A stretch of DNA of 64,000 bases from Rhodobacterales bacterium (GCA_038323615.1 JBBQHC010000002.1:5015-69014); one strand, 5' to 3'. Numbered from the stretch's first letter, positions 53,708 to 64,000 are shown. Numbers and translations are program-made. Notes: a model not told the origin generated them from the letters alone.

Positions 53708-55060
53708 ATGTCGCCCCATGCCACCCCCGTTCCGATGACCTCTCGCCGCGCCGGCCCGCTGACGGGTGCGGCGCATGTGCCGGGGGACAAGTCGATTTCG
53801 CATCGTTCGCTGATCCTTGGCGCGTTGTCGGTTGGCGAAACCCGGATTACCGGGCTGCTGACCGGCGAGGATGTGCTGGATACCGCATTGGCGATGCGCG
53901 CCTTTGGCGCCGAGGTTGTGGACCACGGCAACGGCGCGTGGTCGGTCCAGGGTGTCGGCGTCGGCGGTTTCGCCGAACCGGCGCGGGTCATCGACTGCGG
54001 TAATTCCGGCACCGGCGTGCGCCTGATCATGGGCGCGATGGCAACCTGTCCGATCACCGCTACCTTCACCGGCGACGCGTCGTTGAACGGCCGCCCGATG
54101 GGCCGCGTCACCGATCCGCTGGCCCTGTTCGGGGCAAGGGCGGTGGGCCGGGCCGGGGGCCGTTTGCCGATGACCATTGTGGGTGCAGCCGATCCGGTGC
54201 CGGTCCGCTATGCCGTTCCGGTGCCGTCGGCGCAGGTGAAGTCGGCGGTGCTGCTGGCCGGGCTGAACGCGCCGGGGCAGACCGTGGTGATCGAGAAAGA
54301 GGCGACGCGTGATCATACCGAACGGATGCTGGTGGGCTTCGGGGCCACCCTAGCCGTCGAGGAATTGCCCGAGGGCCGCGTCATCACCCTGACCGGCCAG
54401 CCGGACCTGAAACCCCAGACTATCGTCGTGCCGCGCGACACGTCCTCTGCCGCCTTCCCGGTCTGTGCCGCGATCATCACCGAAGGCTCGGACGTGCTGG
54501 TCCCCAATATCGGCCTGAACCCGACCCGCGCCGGGCTGTTCACCACCCTGCAAGAGATGGGCGCCGATCTGACCTATGAAAACCTGCGCGAGGAGGGCGG
54601 CGAACCCGTCGCCGATCTGCGCGCCCGGTTTTCCCCTGACCTGCGCGGCATTGCGGTGCCGCCCGCGCGTGCCGCAAGCATGATCGACGAATACCCGGTT
54701 CTGTCCGTCGTCGCCGCCTTTGCGCAGGGGCCGACCGAAATGCGCGGCGTCAAGGAACTCCGGGTCAAGGAAAGCGACCGGATCGACGCGATGGCCAAAG
54801 GCCTGCGTGCCGCTGGCGTCACCGTGGATGAGGGGCCGGACTGGTGGATCGTTCACGGCCGCGGCCACGGTGATGTGCCGGGCGGCGTGACGGTCGCCAG
54901 CCAGCTGGATCACCGCATCGCGATGGCGTTTCTGGTCATGGGGCTGGCAACCACGCAGCCGATGACGGTCGATGACGCCAGCCCGATCGCCACCTCGTTC
55001 CCGGTGTTCGAACCGCTGATGCGCGGCCTTGGCGCCGACCTGCGGCGCGACGTGGTCTAG
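53708..55060 (+). CDS. aroA: 3-phosphoshikimate 1-carboxyvinyltransferase
   Basis: [26 protein letters not shown]-type motif ([12 protein letters not shown]), [11 protein letters not shown] 53708. Confidence 0.95.
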   Translation: MSPHATPVPMTSRRAGPLTGAAHVPGDKSISHRSLILGALSVGETRITGLLTGEDVLDTALAMRAFGAEVVDHGNGAWSVQGVGVGGFAEPARVIDCGNSGTGVRLIMGAMATCPITATFTGDASLNGRPMGRVTDPLALFGARAVGRAGGRLPMTIVGAADPVPVRYAVPVPSAQVKSAVLLAGLNAPGQTVVIEKEATRDHTERMLVGFGATLAVEELPEGRVITLTGQPDLKPQTIVVPRDTSSAAFPVCAAIITEGSDVLVPNIGLNPTRAGLFTTLQEMGADLTYENLREEGGEPVADLRARFSPDLRGIAVPPARAASMIDEYPVLSVVAAFAQGPTEMRGVKELRVKESDRIDAMAKGLRAAGVTVDEGPDWWIVHGRGHGDVPGGVTVASQLDHRIAMAFLVMGLATTQPMTVDDASPIATSFPVFEPLMRGLGADLRRDVV

Positions 55061-55064
55061 CGCC

Positions 55065-55379
55065 ATGCTGGCCGAAGGCATCTGGGATATCGACCGGCCC
55101 AAAGATGGCGCGGTTTTCGCAGCTGTCTTGGTGATTGCGCAGGGGCCCAAGGGCTACCTTGTGCGGATGAATTCGGGCGTCGCTAAGGGCGATAATTTCG
55201 GGCAGGGCCAGAGCGATCAAAAACAGGGCGATAGCGTCACGACCAAGATCGACGCGGCGACCTGGACCTTTACCGCTGCCGAACTGGGCCGCAGCCTTGT
55301 CGTGACCCGGACCAGCCGCCTGTTCGGCCTGTTGCCCCGCCGCCAGACGGCAACCTATCGGCGGCGGCAATCGCCATGA
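55065..55379 (+). CDS. hypothetical protein (104 aa)
   Basis: ORF directly after aroA, with acceptable codon bias but no clear Shine-Dalgarno. Its stop overlaps the next small ORF (ATGA). Confidence 0.4.
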   Translation: MLAEGIWDIDRPKDGAVFAAVLVIAQGPKGYLVRMNSGVAKGDNFGQGQSDQKQGDSVTTKIDAATWTFTAAELGRSLVVTRTSRLFGLLPRRQTATYRRRQSP

Positions 55380-55492
55380 CGCCGCCACGTCCCAGACGCA
55401 ACTGGCGGGCGATCATCGTCGGCGTTGTGATCGTCGGACTAGGCCTGATCCGCCTGCTGGAAATGTGGGCCGGAACCGCGCGGATACCCTGA
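55376..55492 (+). CDS. small single-pass membrane protein (38 aa)
   Basis: MTPPRPRRNWRAIIVGVVIVGLGLIRLLEMWAGTARIP. ATGA overlap with the preceding ORF. Below the ORF-track cutoff. Confidence 0.4.
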   Translation: MTPPRPRRNWRAIIVGVVIVGLGLIRLLEMWAGTARIP

Positions 55493-55498
55493 ACCACC

Positions 55499-58321
55499 TT
55501 ACGACGCCTGCGCCCGCGCCGCGCCCTGTTCGATCGCCTCGCGCAGCTTGCGTTCCAGCGCGTCGCGCTTGGATTCGGAGTGGTATTTCAGGCCGAACAT
55601 GTCCTTGACATAAAACGCATCGACGACCTGTTCGCCATAGGTCGCGATGACCGCGCTGGCGATATAGACGTTGGCGTTGGCCAGGGTGCGCGTCAGGTCA
55701 TAAAGCAGGCCGGGTCGGTCGCGGGTATCGACCTCGATAATGGTGTAAATCTCGCTGCCGTCATTATCAAAGGTGATCGAGGTCGGCACCCGGAAGGCCC
55801 GTTCGCGTTTCTTGAGTTTATCCTTGTCTTTCAGCGCCTCGCGCGCCACCACCTCGCCGCGCAACGTGCGCAGGATCATATCGCGCAGGCGGGGCAGGCG
55901 GCTTTCTTCGAACGGGTGGCTGTCAGCGTCCTGGACCCAAAAGATCGCCGTGGCGAACCCGTCCTTGGAGGTATAGGTGCGCGCATCCACCACATTCGCC
56001 CCGGCCAGCGCCAGGGCCCCGGTCATCCGCGAAAACAGCCCCGGATGGTCGGCCATCGCAAAACAGGCGCGGGTCGCGTCGCGGTCGGGGTCGGGTTTGA
56101 TGTCGATGGCGATGGCATCCGGGCCAAGGTCGCGCAGCAATCCGGCAAAGACCACATGCGCGGCGTTCGGCAATCCCTGCCAATAGGGACCATAATGCCG
56201 CCCGGTTTCGGCGCGCAAATCCTTGGCGTCCCATGCCGCAAGCGCGTCGCGCAGCGCCCGTTTCGCCTGCGCCTCGCGGGTTTCGCGGTTCAGATCCTCA
56301 AGCCCGGTTTCCAGCGCTGATTTCGTCGCCGTGTATAACCCACGGATCAGCATCGCCTTCCAGTTGTTCCAGACGTTCGGCCCGACGCCGCGGATGTCAC
56401 AAACCGTCAGAACCGTCAGCAAATCCAGCCGTTCGACCGATTTCACCGCCTTGGCAAAGCCGCGCACTGTGCGTGGTTCGGCGATGTCACGCTTTTGCGC
56501 GGTGTCCGACATCAACAGATGATAGCGGACCAGCCATTCGGCGGTTTCGGTATCTTTTTTGGACAGACCCATGCGGGGGCCGACCCGGCGCACGATCTGC
56601 GCCCCCAGCACCGAATGATCCTCGGGGCGGCCCTTGCCGACGTCATGCAGCAGCAGGGCCAGATACAACACCCGGCGGTTGATGCCGCGTTTCAGGATGC
56701 CGGATGCAATCGGCAGTTCCTCGATCAGTTCGCCGCGTTCGATCCGGGCCAGATGGCCGATGCACTGGATGATGTGTTCATCGACGGTGTAGGAGTGATA
56801 CATATTGAATTGCATCATCGCGACGACCGGGGCGAATTCGGGGACGAAGGCACCAAGAATGCCCAGTTCGTTCATCCGCCGCAGCGCCCGTTCCGGGTTG
56901 GCATGTTTGAGCAGGGTATCGAAAAACAGCCGCGCCGCTTCGGGATTGTCGCGCATCCTGTCGTCGATCAGGTCCAGATTGGCAGCCAAAAGGCGCATCG
57001 CGTCGGGATGCAGCAGGGTGCCGGTGCGCAGGGCTTCCTCAAAGATCCGCAGCATGTTCAGCGGGTCGGACAGAAACGCCTTCGGGTCGGCCACGGTGAT
57101 CCGGTTCTGCTTGATCGCGTAGGGGGCCTTGGCGGTCTTTTTGCGGCTCAGCAGACGCTGCAACATCGGTTCGGTCTTGGTATGGGTCGCCTCGAGCGCG
57201 GTCAGGAAAATCCGCGTCAATTCGCCGACACGGGTCGCATGACGGAAATAATCCTGCATGAAATGTTCGACCGCGCGGCGACCGCCCTGATCGCGGTAGC
57301 CCAGTTTTCCGGCCACCTCGACTTGCAAATCGAAGGTCAGCTGGTCCATCGCCCGTCCGGTGATCAGATGCAGAGTGCAGCGGGTTGACCAGAGAAAATC
57401 TTCGGCGGTCTTGAAGGTGCTGAATTCGTCCTCGGTGAACACCCCAAGGCCGATCAGGGCAGCACTGTCCTGCACCCCGTAAACGTATTTGCCGATCCAG
57501 AACAGCGATTGCAGATCGCGCAACCCGCCTTTGCCCTCTTTGACATTGGGCTCGACCATGTAACGCTGGCCGCCTTGTTTGCGGTGGCGCTCGGTGCGCT
57601 CGGCCAGTTTGGCCTCGATGAAATCCGCGGCGGTGGATTTGAACAGATCGGACCACAGGCGGTCGCGCAGTTCGCCGGCAAGGGCGGCATTGCCCGCCAG
57701 ATAGCGTTGTTCGATCAGCGATGTGCGGATCGTATAGTCGTCGCGGGCCAGCCGGATGCAATCCCTGATCGTACGGCAGGCGTGGCCGACCTTCAGCTTG
57801 AGATCCCAGAGGATATACAGCATCGATTCGATCAGGCTTTCGGCCCAGGGGGTCGTCTTGTAGGGCATCAGAAACAGCAGATCGACATCGCTGAACAGGG
57901 CCATTTCGCCCCGGCCATAGCCGCCGACGGCGACAAGGGCGATGCGTTCGCCCTCGGTCCGGTTCGGGGCCGGATGCAGGGCGGTCTGGGCGACGTGCAG
58001 CACCGATGTGACGACCTGATCGGTCAGCCAGCTATAGGCGCGGGTGGTCGGGCGGGCGGCGAAGGGATCGGCGGCAAAGGCGGCGGCAATGGCGGCAAGC
58101 CCGGCAGTACGGGCCCGCCCGATGATCTGCACGGTGGCGGTGCGCACCGCCATGTTGTCGGTACACGCGGCGATCGCCGCGTCCAATTCGGCCCGCACCG
58201 CGGCGACATCGAAAATCGCCGCCTCGGGGCAGATCAGGCCGGCCCCCGGAGGGCTGTATTCGGGTGCGGTGGTCGCAGGCCTAGAGGCCGGCGCGACCAA
58301 AGCTGCGGGGGGCTGGGTCAA
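55499..58321 (-). CDS. glnD: [protein-PII] uridylyltransferase/uridylyl-removing enzyme
   Basis: Nucleotidyltransferase domain (GGYGRGEMALFSDVDLLF), an HD domain (LLLHDVGKG) and two ACT domains. TTG start at 58321 (or 58300), overlapping the upstream gene end. Confidence 0.9.
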   Translation of the reverse strand: MTQPPAALVAPASRPATTAPEYSPPGAGLICPEAAIFDVAAVRAELDAAIAACTDNMAVRTATVQIIGRARTAGLAAIAAAFAADPFAARPTTRAYSWLTDQVVTSVLHVAQTALHPAPNRTEGERIALVAVGGYGRGEMALFSDVDLLFLMPYKTTPWAESLIESMLYILWDLKLKVGHACRTIRDCIRLARDDYTIRTSLIEQRYLAGNAALAGELRDRLWSDLFKSTAADFIEAKLAERTERHRKQGGQRYMVEPNVKEGKGGLRDLQSLFWIGKYVYGVQDSAALIGLGVFTEDEFSTFKTAEDFLWSTRCTLHLITGRAMDQLTFDLQVEVAGKLGYRDQGGRRAVEHFMQDYFRHATRVGELTRIFLTALEATHTKTEPMLQRLLSRKKTAKAPYAIKQNRITVADPKAFLSDPLNMLRIFEEALRTGTLLHPDAMRLLAANLDLIDDRMRDNPEAARLFFDTLLKHANPERALRRMNELGILGAFVPEFAPVVAMMQFNMYHSYTVDEHIIQCIGHLARIERGELIEELPIASGILKRGINRRVLYLALLLHDVGKGRPEDHSVLGAQIVRRVGPRMGLSKKDTETAEWLVRYHLLMSDTAQKRDIAEPRTVRGFAKAVKSVERLDLLTVLTVCDIRGVGPNVWNNWKAMLIRGLYTATKSALETGLEDLNRETREAQAKRALRDALAAWDAKDLRAETGRHYGPYWQGLPNAAHVVFAGLLRDLGPDAIAIDIKPDPDRDATRACFAMADHPGLFSRMTGALALAGANVVDARTYTSKDGFATAIFWVQDADSHPFEESRLPRLRDMILRTLRGEVVAREALKDKDKLKKRERAFRVPTSITFDNDGSEIYTIIEVDTRDRPGLLYDLTRTLANANVYIASAVIATYGEQVVDAFYVKDMFGLKYHSESKRDALERKLREAIEQGAARAQAS

Positions 58322-59477
58322 GGACGACCACCTGATTGTTGCGGATCTGGGCGACCGCCAGACCCCGTTCGTTCAAGCCGTTGGACAGCAGGCGAAAGAT
58401 GCCGCCGGTGCCCTGAAAACCCTGCGACTGGGTCAGCGCGGCGCGGCCCAGCGCATTGGTCCGGCCCGACGAAACAAGGGCCCCGATGGCGGCGATCCCG
58501 TCATAGGCAAGGCCCGCAAGGGGGTGCGGGGTCGATCCGTAGCGGGCGTTGTAACGGGCTTCGAAACTCGCGGTGGTGGCACGGTCCGGCAGCGCGAACA
58601 GACCGCCTTGCAGGCCCGGCAGGGCAAGGGCCTGAGGGGCTGCATTCCAGCGGGTCAGGCCGATATAGCGGACGTTGGCGGGGTCAATGCCGGCTTCGGG
58701 CAGGGCGGTGGCAAGGATCGGCAGATCGGCACTCACCCCGGCGGTCAGGAATATCGCCTGCGCGCCTGACGCATTGACGGCGGCGGCGATGCCGGGGGCC
58801 GCGGCCTGAATCCCGGCCTGGGTCAGCGGATAGCTCTGGATTCCGGCAAGGGTGCCGCCACTGGCGCGGATCGCACCGGCGATGGCATCGCGCCCGAAAG
58901 TGCCGGCGGTGTCGTCGCCATGCACCACCATGATTTTGCCAAGACCGTTGGCGACGCTGTATTGCACCAGACGGCGGGCCGTCGAATCAAAGGTCTGGCC
59001 AAGGATAAAGACGTTGCCCCCGGCGATCGTTGGGGTGTTGGAAAATGAAAGAACGTTGATGTCGCGCCCGGCGACGGCGACGCCAACGGCGGCAGTCGCG
59101 TCCGACCGCAGCGGGCCAAGGATGATCATCGCGCCGTCATTCGCCGCACGGGTGGCCGCATCTGCGGCTTGTGCCTGGGTCGCGCCGGTGTTGTAGACGC
59201 GCAGGTCGATGCGCACCCCTTTCAGATCGGCAATGGCCAACCGGGCTGCGTTTTCCAGGTTCTGGGCAAGGAAGCTGTCGGCCGAATCGCCCGAGGCACC
59301 CGGTACCAACAAGGCCACCTGAACCGGGGCCGCGGGATCGACGGGTGGACCGCTCGATCCTGCGCCACCTCCGGCGATCGGTTCGCAGGCGGCCAGCCAG
59401 ATCAGCGACAGGAGGGCGAATATACGGGCAGCCGCCTTGCGGGCACTGAACAAACGGGCAAACATGGTATTCCTCAC
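58281..59477 (-). CDS. LpoA-like penicillin-binding-protein activator lipoprotein (type 1 periplasmic binding fold)
   Basis: Lipobox LIWLAAC and a Leu/Ile/Val-binding-protein-like fold. It is divergent from rsmI-yraN, as lpoA is in E. coli. Confidence 0.6.
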   Translation of the reverse strand: MRNTMFARLFSARKAAARIFALLSLIWLAACEPIAGGGAGSSGPPVDPAAPVQVALLVPGASGDSADSFLAQNLENAARLAIADLKGVRIDLRVYNTGATQAQAADAATRAANDGAMIILGPLRSDATAAVGVAVAGRDINVLSFSNTPTIAGGNVFILGQTFDSTARRLVQYSVANGLGKIMVVHGDDTAGTFGRDAIAGAIRASGGTLAGIQSYPLTQAGIQAAAPGIAAAVNASGAQAIFLTAGVSADLPILATALPEAGIDPANVRYIGLTRWNAAPQALALPGLQGGLFALPDRATTASFEARYNARYGSTPHPLAGLAYDGIAAIGALVSSGRTNALGRAALTQSQGFQGTGGIFRLLSNGLNERGLAVAQIRNNQVVVLDPAPRSFGRAGL

Positions 59478-59549
59478 GTGGTTGGTCGGCGCGGCTGCGC
59501 CATCGGGTCCGTGGGGTCATCATAGGGCGAGAGGCAAAAGGGTCTAGGG

Positions 59550-60410
59550 ATGAATTTCAGGGCCGCGCCACTGTCCGCCGGTTTGTATTTCGTGGCGACC
59601 CCGATCGGGGCGGCGCGGGACATGACGCTGCGCGGACTGGATATTCTGGCCAGCGTCGATCTGATCGCGGCCGAAGATACCCGCACGGCGCGTAAATTGA
59701 TGGAGATTCACGGGGTGCCGCTGAACGGGCGGCAGGTGGTGGCCTATCACGACCACAGTGGCGACGCGGCGCGAGACAGGCTGGTCAGGGCTGTGCAGGA
59801 TGGCAAATCGGTCGCCTACGTGTCCGAAGCCGGGACGCCGCTGGTGGCTGATCCGGGCTATGAACTGGGGCAGGCGATGATCGGGGCGGGGCTGGCGGTG
59901 CTGGCGGCGCCGGGGGCATCGGCGGTGCTGGCGGCGCTAACAGTGTCCGGGCTGCCGACCGACAGGTTCATGTTCGCGGGATTCCTGCCGTCGGGCAAAA
60001 CCCAGCGCGAGACCGAAATCGCCGCGCTGCGTGATATGGCGTTTACCATGATCTTTTATGAGTCCCCCAAACGCCTCAATGCTATGTTAACAAGTCTGCG
60101 CGACATTCTGGGGGACGACAGACAGGCCGTTGTCTGTCGCGAACTGACCAAACGTTTTGAAGAGGTGCGCCGTGGTACGTTGTCTGACCTGCATGATCTG
60201 TTCGCCGACCGCACTGTCAAAGGCGAAATCGTGGTGCTTGTCGGCCGTGCCGGTGCGATTGATGTCGATGATTCCGATGTCGTCGCTGCCCTGCGTGACG
60301 CCATGACGACCATGCGCATCAAGGATGCCGCGACCCTTGTCGCCGGGGCGATGGGCCTGCCCCGCCGCCAAGTCTATCAGCTTGCCCTGACACTGGGCGT
60401 TGGCAGATGA
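59550..60410 (+). CDS. rsmI: 16S rRNA (cytidine1402-2'-O)-methyltransferase
   Basis: LYFVATPIGAARDMTLRGLDIL...AAEDTR, SEAGTPLVADPG. Confidence 0.9.
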   Translation: MNFRAAPLSAGLYFVATPIGAARDMTLRGLDILASVDLIAAEDTRTARKLMEIHGVPLNGRQVVAYHDHSGDAARDRLVRAVQDGKSVAYVSEAGTPLVADPGYELGQAMIGAGLAVLAAPGASAVLAALTVSGLPTDRFMFAGFLPSGKTQRETEIAALRDMAFTMIFYESPKRLNAMLTSLRDILGDDRQAVVCRELTKRFEEVRRGTLSDLHDLFADRTVKGEIVVLVGRAGAIDVDDSDVVAALRDAMTTMRIKDAATLVAGAMGLPRRQVYQLALTLGVGR

Positions 60411-60841
60411 CGCAACTGGATCTGTTTGCCGATTATGCACCGCGCCTTGCCGTCTTGGCGGCCCGACCCACAACTGATCGACAGATCCGGGGTCGGGTCA
60501 GCTATCTGGCCGGACTTGCCGCCGAAGATATCGTCTCGCGTGATTATGCGCGTCGGGGCATGCCCGAAATTGCCCGGCGCTGGCGTGGTACCGGCGGCGA
60601 AATCGACCTGATCTGCCGCAATGGCGATGGCGTCGTCATCGTTGAAATCAAGAAGTCCTCGACCTTCGATCGCGCGGCGGCGCGGCTGACCCGGCGGCAG
60701 ATGGACCGCATTTATGTGACAGCCGGCGAATTTATCGGCACCATGCCGCGCGGCCAGCTGACCGACGTGCGGCTTGATCTGGCGCTGGTCGATGCAGGTG
60801 CTGCCCTGCGGGTGATCGAAAACGCCTTCTGGGATGCCTAG
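60407..60841 (+). CDS. yraN: YraN family (UPF0102) endonuclease-like protein
   Basis: GEIDLI...VVIVEIK core. ATGA overlap with rsmI. Confidence 0.8.
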   Translation: MTQLDLFADYAPRLAVLAARPTTDRQIRGRVSYLAGLAAEDIVSRDYARRGMPEIARRWRGTGGEIDLICRNGDGVVIVEIKKSSTFDRAAARLTRRQMDRIYVTAGEFIGTMPRGQLTDVRLDLALVDAGAALRVIENAFWDA

Positions 60842-60910
60842 GGCCGCCGCCCATTGAACCGGCCCCGCAGTTGCGCCATGTATCGGGCAACCTGATTTAG
60901 GGATCGCCCC

Positions 60911-61855
60911 ATGCCGCTGAACGTCGCCATCCAGATGGACCCGATCGGTTCCGTCAACATCGACGCCGACAGCACCTTCCGTATCGCGGAAGAGGCGCAG
61001 GCGCGTGGCCATGCGCTGTTCTACTACACCCCTGACCGGCTTGCCTATCAAGAGGGGCGGATCACCGCCCGTGGCTGGCCGCTGACGGTGCGCCGCATCA
61101 AGGGCGACCATTTCGAACTTGGTGACGAGGCCGAAGTTGATCTGGCGACTTTCGATGTCGTCTGGCTCAGGCAAGATCCGCCATTCGACATGGGCTATAT
61201 TACGACAACGCATCTGCTGGATCGGCTGCGCGCCACGACGTTGGTGGTCAACGATCCGTTCTGGGTGCGCAATTACCCCGAAAAGCTGCTGGTCCTCGAC
61301 TTTCCTGACCTGACCCCGCCCACCGCCGTCGCCCGCGATCTGGCCACCTTGCGCGCCTTTCGCGCCCGGCACGGCGACATCATCCTGAAACCGCTTTACG
61401 GCAACGGTGGTGCGGGGGTCTTCAAGCTGCACAGCGATGACGGCAACCTCGCGTCGCTGCACGAGATGTTCACCGGCATCAACCGCGAACCCCTGATCGT
61501 GCAGAAATTCCTGCCTGCGGTCGTCAAAGGCGACAAGCGGGTGATCCTTGTCGACGGCGAACCTGTCGGCGCGATCAACCGGGTGCCGGCGCATGGTGAA
61601 ACCCGGTCGAACATGCACGTCGGCGGCCGCCCCGAAAAGGTCGCCCTGACCGCCCGCGACCTCGAGATTTGCGCCCGAATCGGGCCGCTTTTGCGCGAGA
61701 AGGGCCAGATTTTTGTCGGCATCGACGTGATCGGCGACTGGTTGACCGAAATCAATGTCACCTCGCCCACTGGCATTCAAGAGCTTGAAAAGTTCGACAA
61801 CGTCAACGTCGCCGAAAAGATCTGGCTGGCGATCGAGGGACGCAGGGCGGCCTGA
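60911..61855 (+). CDS. gshB: glutathione synthase
   Basis: [31 protein letters not shown]. Confidence 0.95.
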   Translation: MPLNVAIQMDPIGSVNIDADSTFRIAEEAQARGHALFYYTPDRLAYQEGRITARGWPLTVRRIKGDHFELGDEAEVDLATFDVVWLRQDPPFDMGYITTTHLLDRLRATTLVVNDPFWVRNYPEKLLVLDFPDLTPPTAVARDLATLRAFRARHGDIILKPLYGNGGAGVFKLHSDDGNLASLHEMFTGINREPLIVQKFLPAVVKGDKRVILVDGEPVGAINRVPAHGETRSNMHVGGRPEKVALTARDLEICARIGPLLREKGQIFVGIDVIGDWLTEINVTSPTGIQELEKFDNVNVAEKIWLAIEGRRAA

Positions 61856-61856
61856 C

Positions 61857-62750
61857 ATGTCGCTGCGTCTGTCAGCCCTGATCTTCTGGCTGCGACAGGT
61901 TGAACGCCCTGCCATCGTCAGCATTACCGACCCCGACAAGGCCCGCAACCGGATGGAACGGCAGGCGCGCTGGTTCGCGCGGTCGCCGCGAGGGACGTCG
62001 GCCACCTGGGGCAGCCTTGGCGACGTTCCTGCACTGCGCGTCGCGCCGCCCGATCCCCGGCGCGCCGGCACGATCCTGTTTTTCCACGGCGGTGCCTACG
62101 TTTTCGGGTCGCCCCGCACCCACGCCGCCATGCTGGCACGGATCGCCGCGCGGACCGGGTTGACGGCGATCCTGCCCGAATATCGCCTTGCGCCCGAACA
62201 CCCGTTTCCCGCCGCCGTCGATGATGCCCTGACCGCCTACCGCGCCTTGCTGGACACAACCGCCGACCCGGTTGTGCTGGGTGGCGACAGTGCTGGCGGC
62301 GGGCTGGTTCTGGCGCTGTTGGCCAAGATCATCGCGCTGGGCCTGCCGCAACCGGCGCTGACCTTTGCCCTGTCGCCCTGGACGGATCTGACCCTGTCGG
62401 GCGAGAGTCTGACGACCAACGCCCGCCCGGAATCGTTTCTGCCGGCCGAGCGGCTGCCGGAACTGCGCGATATCTATCTGTGCGGGGCCGACCCGGCAAA
62501 CCCCGCTGCTTCGCCCTTGCTGGCCGATTTCATCGGCGCGACGCCGGTTGCCATCTGGGTCGGCAGCACCGAAATTCTGCGCGACGATTCGCGCCGGATG
62601 GTCGCGCAGTTGCAGGCCCAGGGCGTGCAGGCGACCCTGACCGAGGCACCACGCCACCCGCATGTCTGGCCGATGTTTGCGCCCTTTTTGCCCGAGGCCA
62701 ACGCGACCCTTGACGACATCGCGGCGCGGATTGCTGTCGCGCTCACTTAA
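61857..62750 (+). CDS. alpha/beta hydrolase, HSL-type esterase/lipase
   Basis: FHGGAY oxyanion motif and the GDSAGG nucleophile elbow. ATG 61857 lies 1 nt after the gshB stop. Confidence 0.8.
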   Translation: MSLRLSALIFWLRQVERPAIVSITDPDKARNRMERQARWFARSPRGTSATWGSLGDVPALRVAPPDPRRAGTILFFHGGAYVFGSPRTHAAMLARIAARTGLTAILPEYRLAPEHPFPAAVDDALTAYRALLDTTADPVVLGGDSAGGGLVLALLAKIIALGLPQPALTFALSPWTDLTLSGESLTTNARPESFLPAERLPELRDIYLCGADPANPAASPLLADFIGATPVAIWVGSTEILRDDSRRMVAQLQAQGVQATLTEAPRHPHVWPMFAPFLPEANATLDDIAARIAVALT

Positions 62751-64000
62751 ACTTCGCGTGTCATCGCCAAGCGATAGCTGACCGCCTCGGCCACATGCGG
62801 CTGGCGCACCGCTGCGGACCCATCGAGGTCGGCAATCGTCCGCGCCACCCGCAACACCCGGTGATAGCCGCGTGCCGACAGCCCGAAACGCTGCGCCACT
62901 TTGGTCAGCAGCGCCTTGCCCTCGGCGTCGGGTGTCGCGATTTCGTCCAGCAACGCACCTTCGGCGTCGGCGTTCAGCCGCGCCCCGGCGACCCCGGCAA
63001 AACGCGCTGTCTGCACATCCCGCGCCGCCTGCACCCGTGCGGCCACCTGCGCGGAAGTATCGCCGGAGGCGGGCAAATCAAGGTCAGAATAGGCCACCGG
63101 CGGCACCTCGACCCGCAGATCGAACCGGTCCATCAGCGGCCCTGAAATCCGCCCCAGATAATCCTCGCCGCAGAGCGGCACCCGGGCACAGGCCCGCGCC
63201 GGATCGGCAAGGTAGCCGCATTTGCAGGGATTCGCGGCGGCGACCAGCATGAACCGGCAGGGATAGCGCACGTGCGCGTTGGCGCGGGCCACCACGACCT
63301 CGCCGGTTTCGATCGGCTGGCGCAGGGTTTCCAGTACGGTGCGCGGAAATTCGGGAAATTCATCCATGAACAGCACGCCGTTGTGAGCCAGCGAAATCTC
63401 GCCCGGTTTGGCGCTGCGCCCGCCACCGACGATGGCCGCCATCGATGCGGTGTGGTGCGGTTCGCGAAACGGCCTCTGGCGGCTGATCCCGCCTTCGTCG
63501 AGCAGCCCCGACAACGAATGGATCATCGAGGTTTCCAACGCCTCGATCGGCGTCAGCGGCGGCATGATCCCTGGAATCCGTGCCGCCAGCATGGATTTTC
63601 CCGATCCCGGCGAGCCGACCATCAGCAAATGATGGCGCCCGGCCGCGGCAATTTCCAGCGCCCGTTTGGCCCGTTCCTGGCCTTTGACATCGCGCAGATC
63701 GCGCCCAAACGCGCCGTGCGTCACCTCGCCGGGGACCGATGGCGCGATGACCGATTGGCCGGTGTAATGGCGCACCACCGCCGCCAGCGACGCCGCCGCG
63801 ATCACCTTGGCCGATCCGACCCATGCCGCCTCGGGTCCGCAGGCGCGCGGGCAGAGCAGGGTGCGGTCGTTTTCGGCGGCGGCCATCGCGGCGGGCAGGG
63901 CGCCGATCACCGGCACCAGCGTGCCGTCCAACGACAGCTCGCCCAAGGCGACCGTGTTGGCGACATCGTCATGCGGCAAAATCTCGAGCGCGGCCAGCAG
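62747..64000 (-). CDS. comM: YifB/ComM family Mg-chelatase-like AAA+ ATPase (C-terminal ~417 aa; N-terminus beyond right edge)
   Basis: Walker A GSPGSGKSMLA, Walker B VLFMDEFPEF, the zinc-ribbon-like CRFMLVAAANPCKCGY motif, and a C-terminal RGYHRVLRVARTIADLDG helix. The frame stays open to the window end. Confidence 0.9.
   Translation of the reverse strand: MLAALEILPHDDVANTVALGELSLDGTLVPVIGALPAAMAAAENDRTLLCPRACGPEAAWVGSAKVIAAASLAAVVRHYTGQSVIAPSVPGEVTHGAFGRDLRDVKGQERAKRALEIAAAGRHHLLMVGSPGSGKSMLAARIPGIMPPLTPIEALETSMIHSLSGLLDEGGISRQRPFREPHHTASMAAIVGGGRSAKPGEISLAHNGVLFMDEFPEFPRTVLETLRQPIETGEVVVARANAHVRYPCRFMLVAAANPCKCGYLADPARACARVPLCGEDYLGRISGPLMDRFDLRVEVPPVAYSDLDLPASGDTSAQVAARVQAARDVQTARFAGVAGARLNADAEGALLDEIATPDAEGKALLTKVAQRFGLSARGYHRVLRVARTIADLDGSAAVRQPHVAEAVSYRLAMTREV

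Noticed and set aside
52883-54316. 477-aa minus-strand ORF
   Set aside because: It is antisense to trmB and aroA.
58281-58321. 41-nt overlap between glnD start and the LpoA-like gene end as a sign of frameshift or misassembly
   Set aside because: Both frames are intact. The glnD start is a TTG with a second in-frame TTG 21 nt downstream, so the overlap is more likely start-codon uncertainty than an error.
57509-58777. 422-aa plus-strand ORF
   Set aside because: It is antisense to glnD and the LpoA-like gene, and it is Gly/Arg-rich low complexity.
60377-62071. 564-aa minus-strand ORF
   Set aside because: It is antisense to yraN, gshB and the esterase gene, and it spans two intergenic gaps.

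Overview
High-GC (about 60-65% by eye) alphaproteobacterial chromosome segment. Gene content and the metK leader RNA point to Rhodobacterales/Rhodobacteraceae. I support about 70 protein genes. Recognisable blocks are miaB-phoH-ybeY-corC-lnt, metK-trmB-aroA, glnD, lpoA-like/rsmI/yraN/gshB, irr/fabA-fabB-fabI, deoC plus a fused aldehyde dehydrogenase, rpe, gabD, cytochrome c2, an ECF sigma/anti-sigma pair, an OmpR-type two-component system, and a tetR-pspA-yiaAB module. I saw no rRNA, tRNA, CRISPR array, integrase or prophage. The best candidate for an undescribed system is a tightly packed eight-gene operon at 9447-16748. It encodes a 359-aa all-helical coiled-coil protein, two large proteins with no motifs I recognise, a classic-clade AAA+ ATPase with long unique N- and C-terminal regions, and four small membrane proteins, one of them DUF1523-like. 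Several junctions overlap as ATGA. The window also carries a REP-associated tyrosine transposase (RAYT) flanked by its REP palindromes. Copies of that REP, and of two other repeat families, are scattered through intergenic gaps, including one inside the eight-gene operon. Other notable items are a probable SAM/SAH riboswitch masking the metK Shine-Dalgarno, four TGAAC-N3-GTTCA operators around tetR/pspA, a low-GC DUF2200 insertion in the fab cluster, and an orphan intrinsic terminator in a gene-poor AT-rich gap upstream of phoH. All family assignments come from reading the translated ORFs. No database searches were run.
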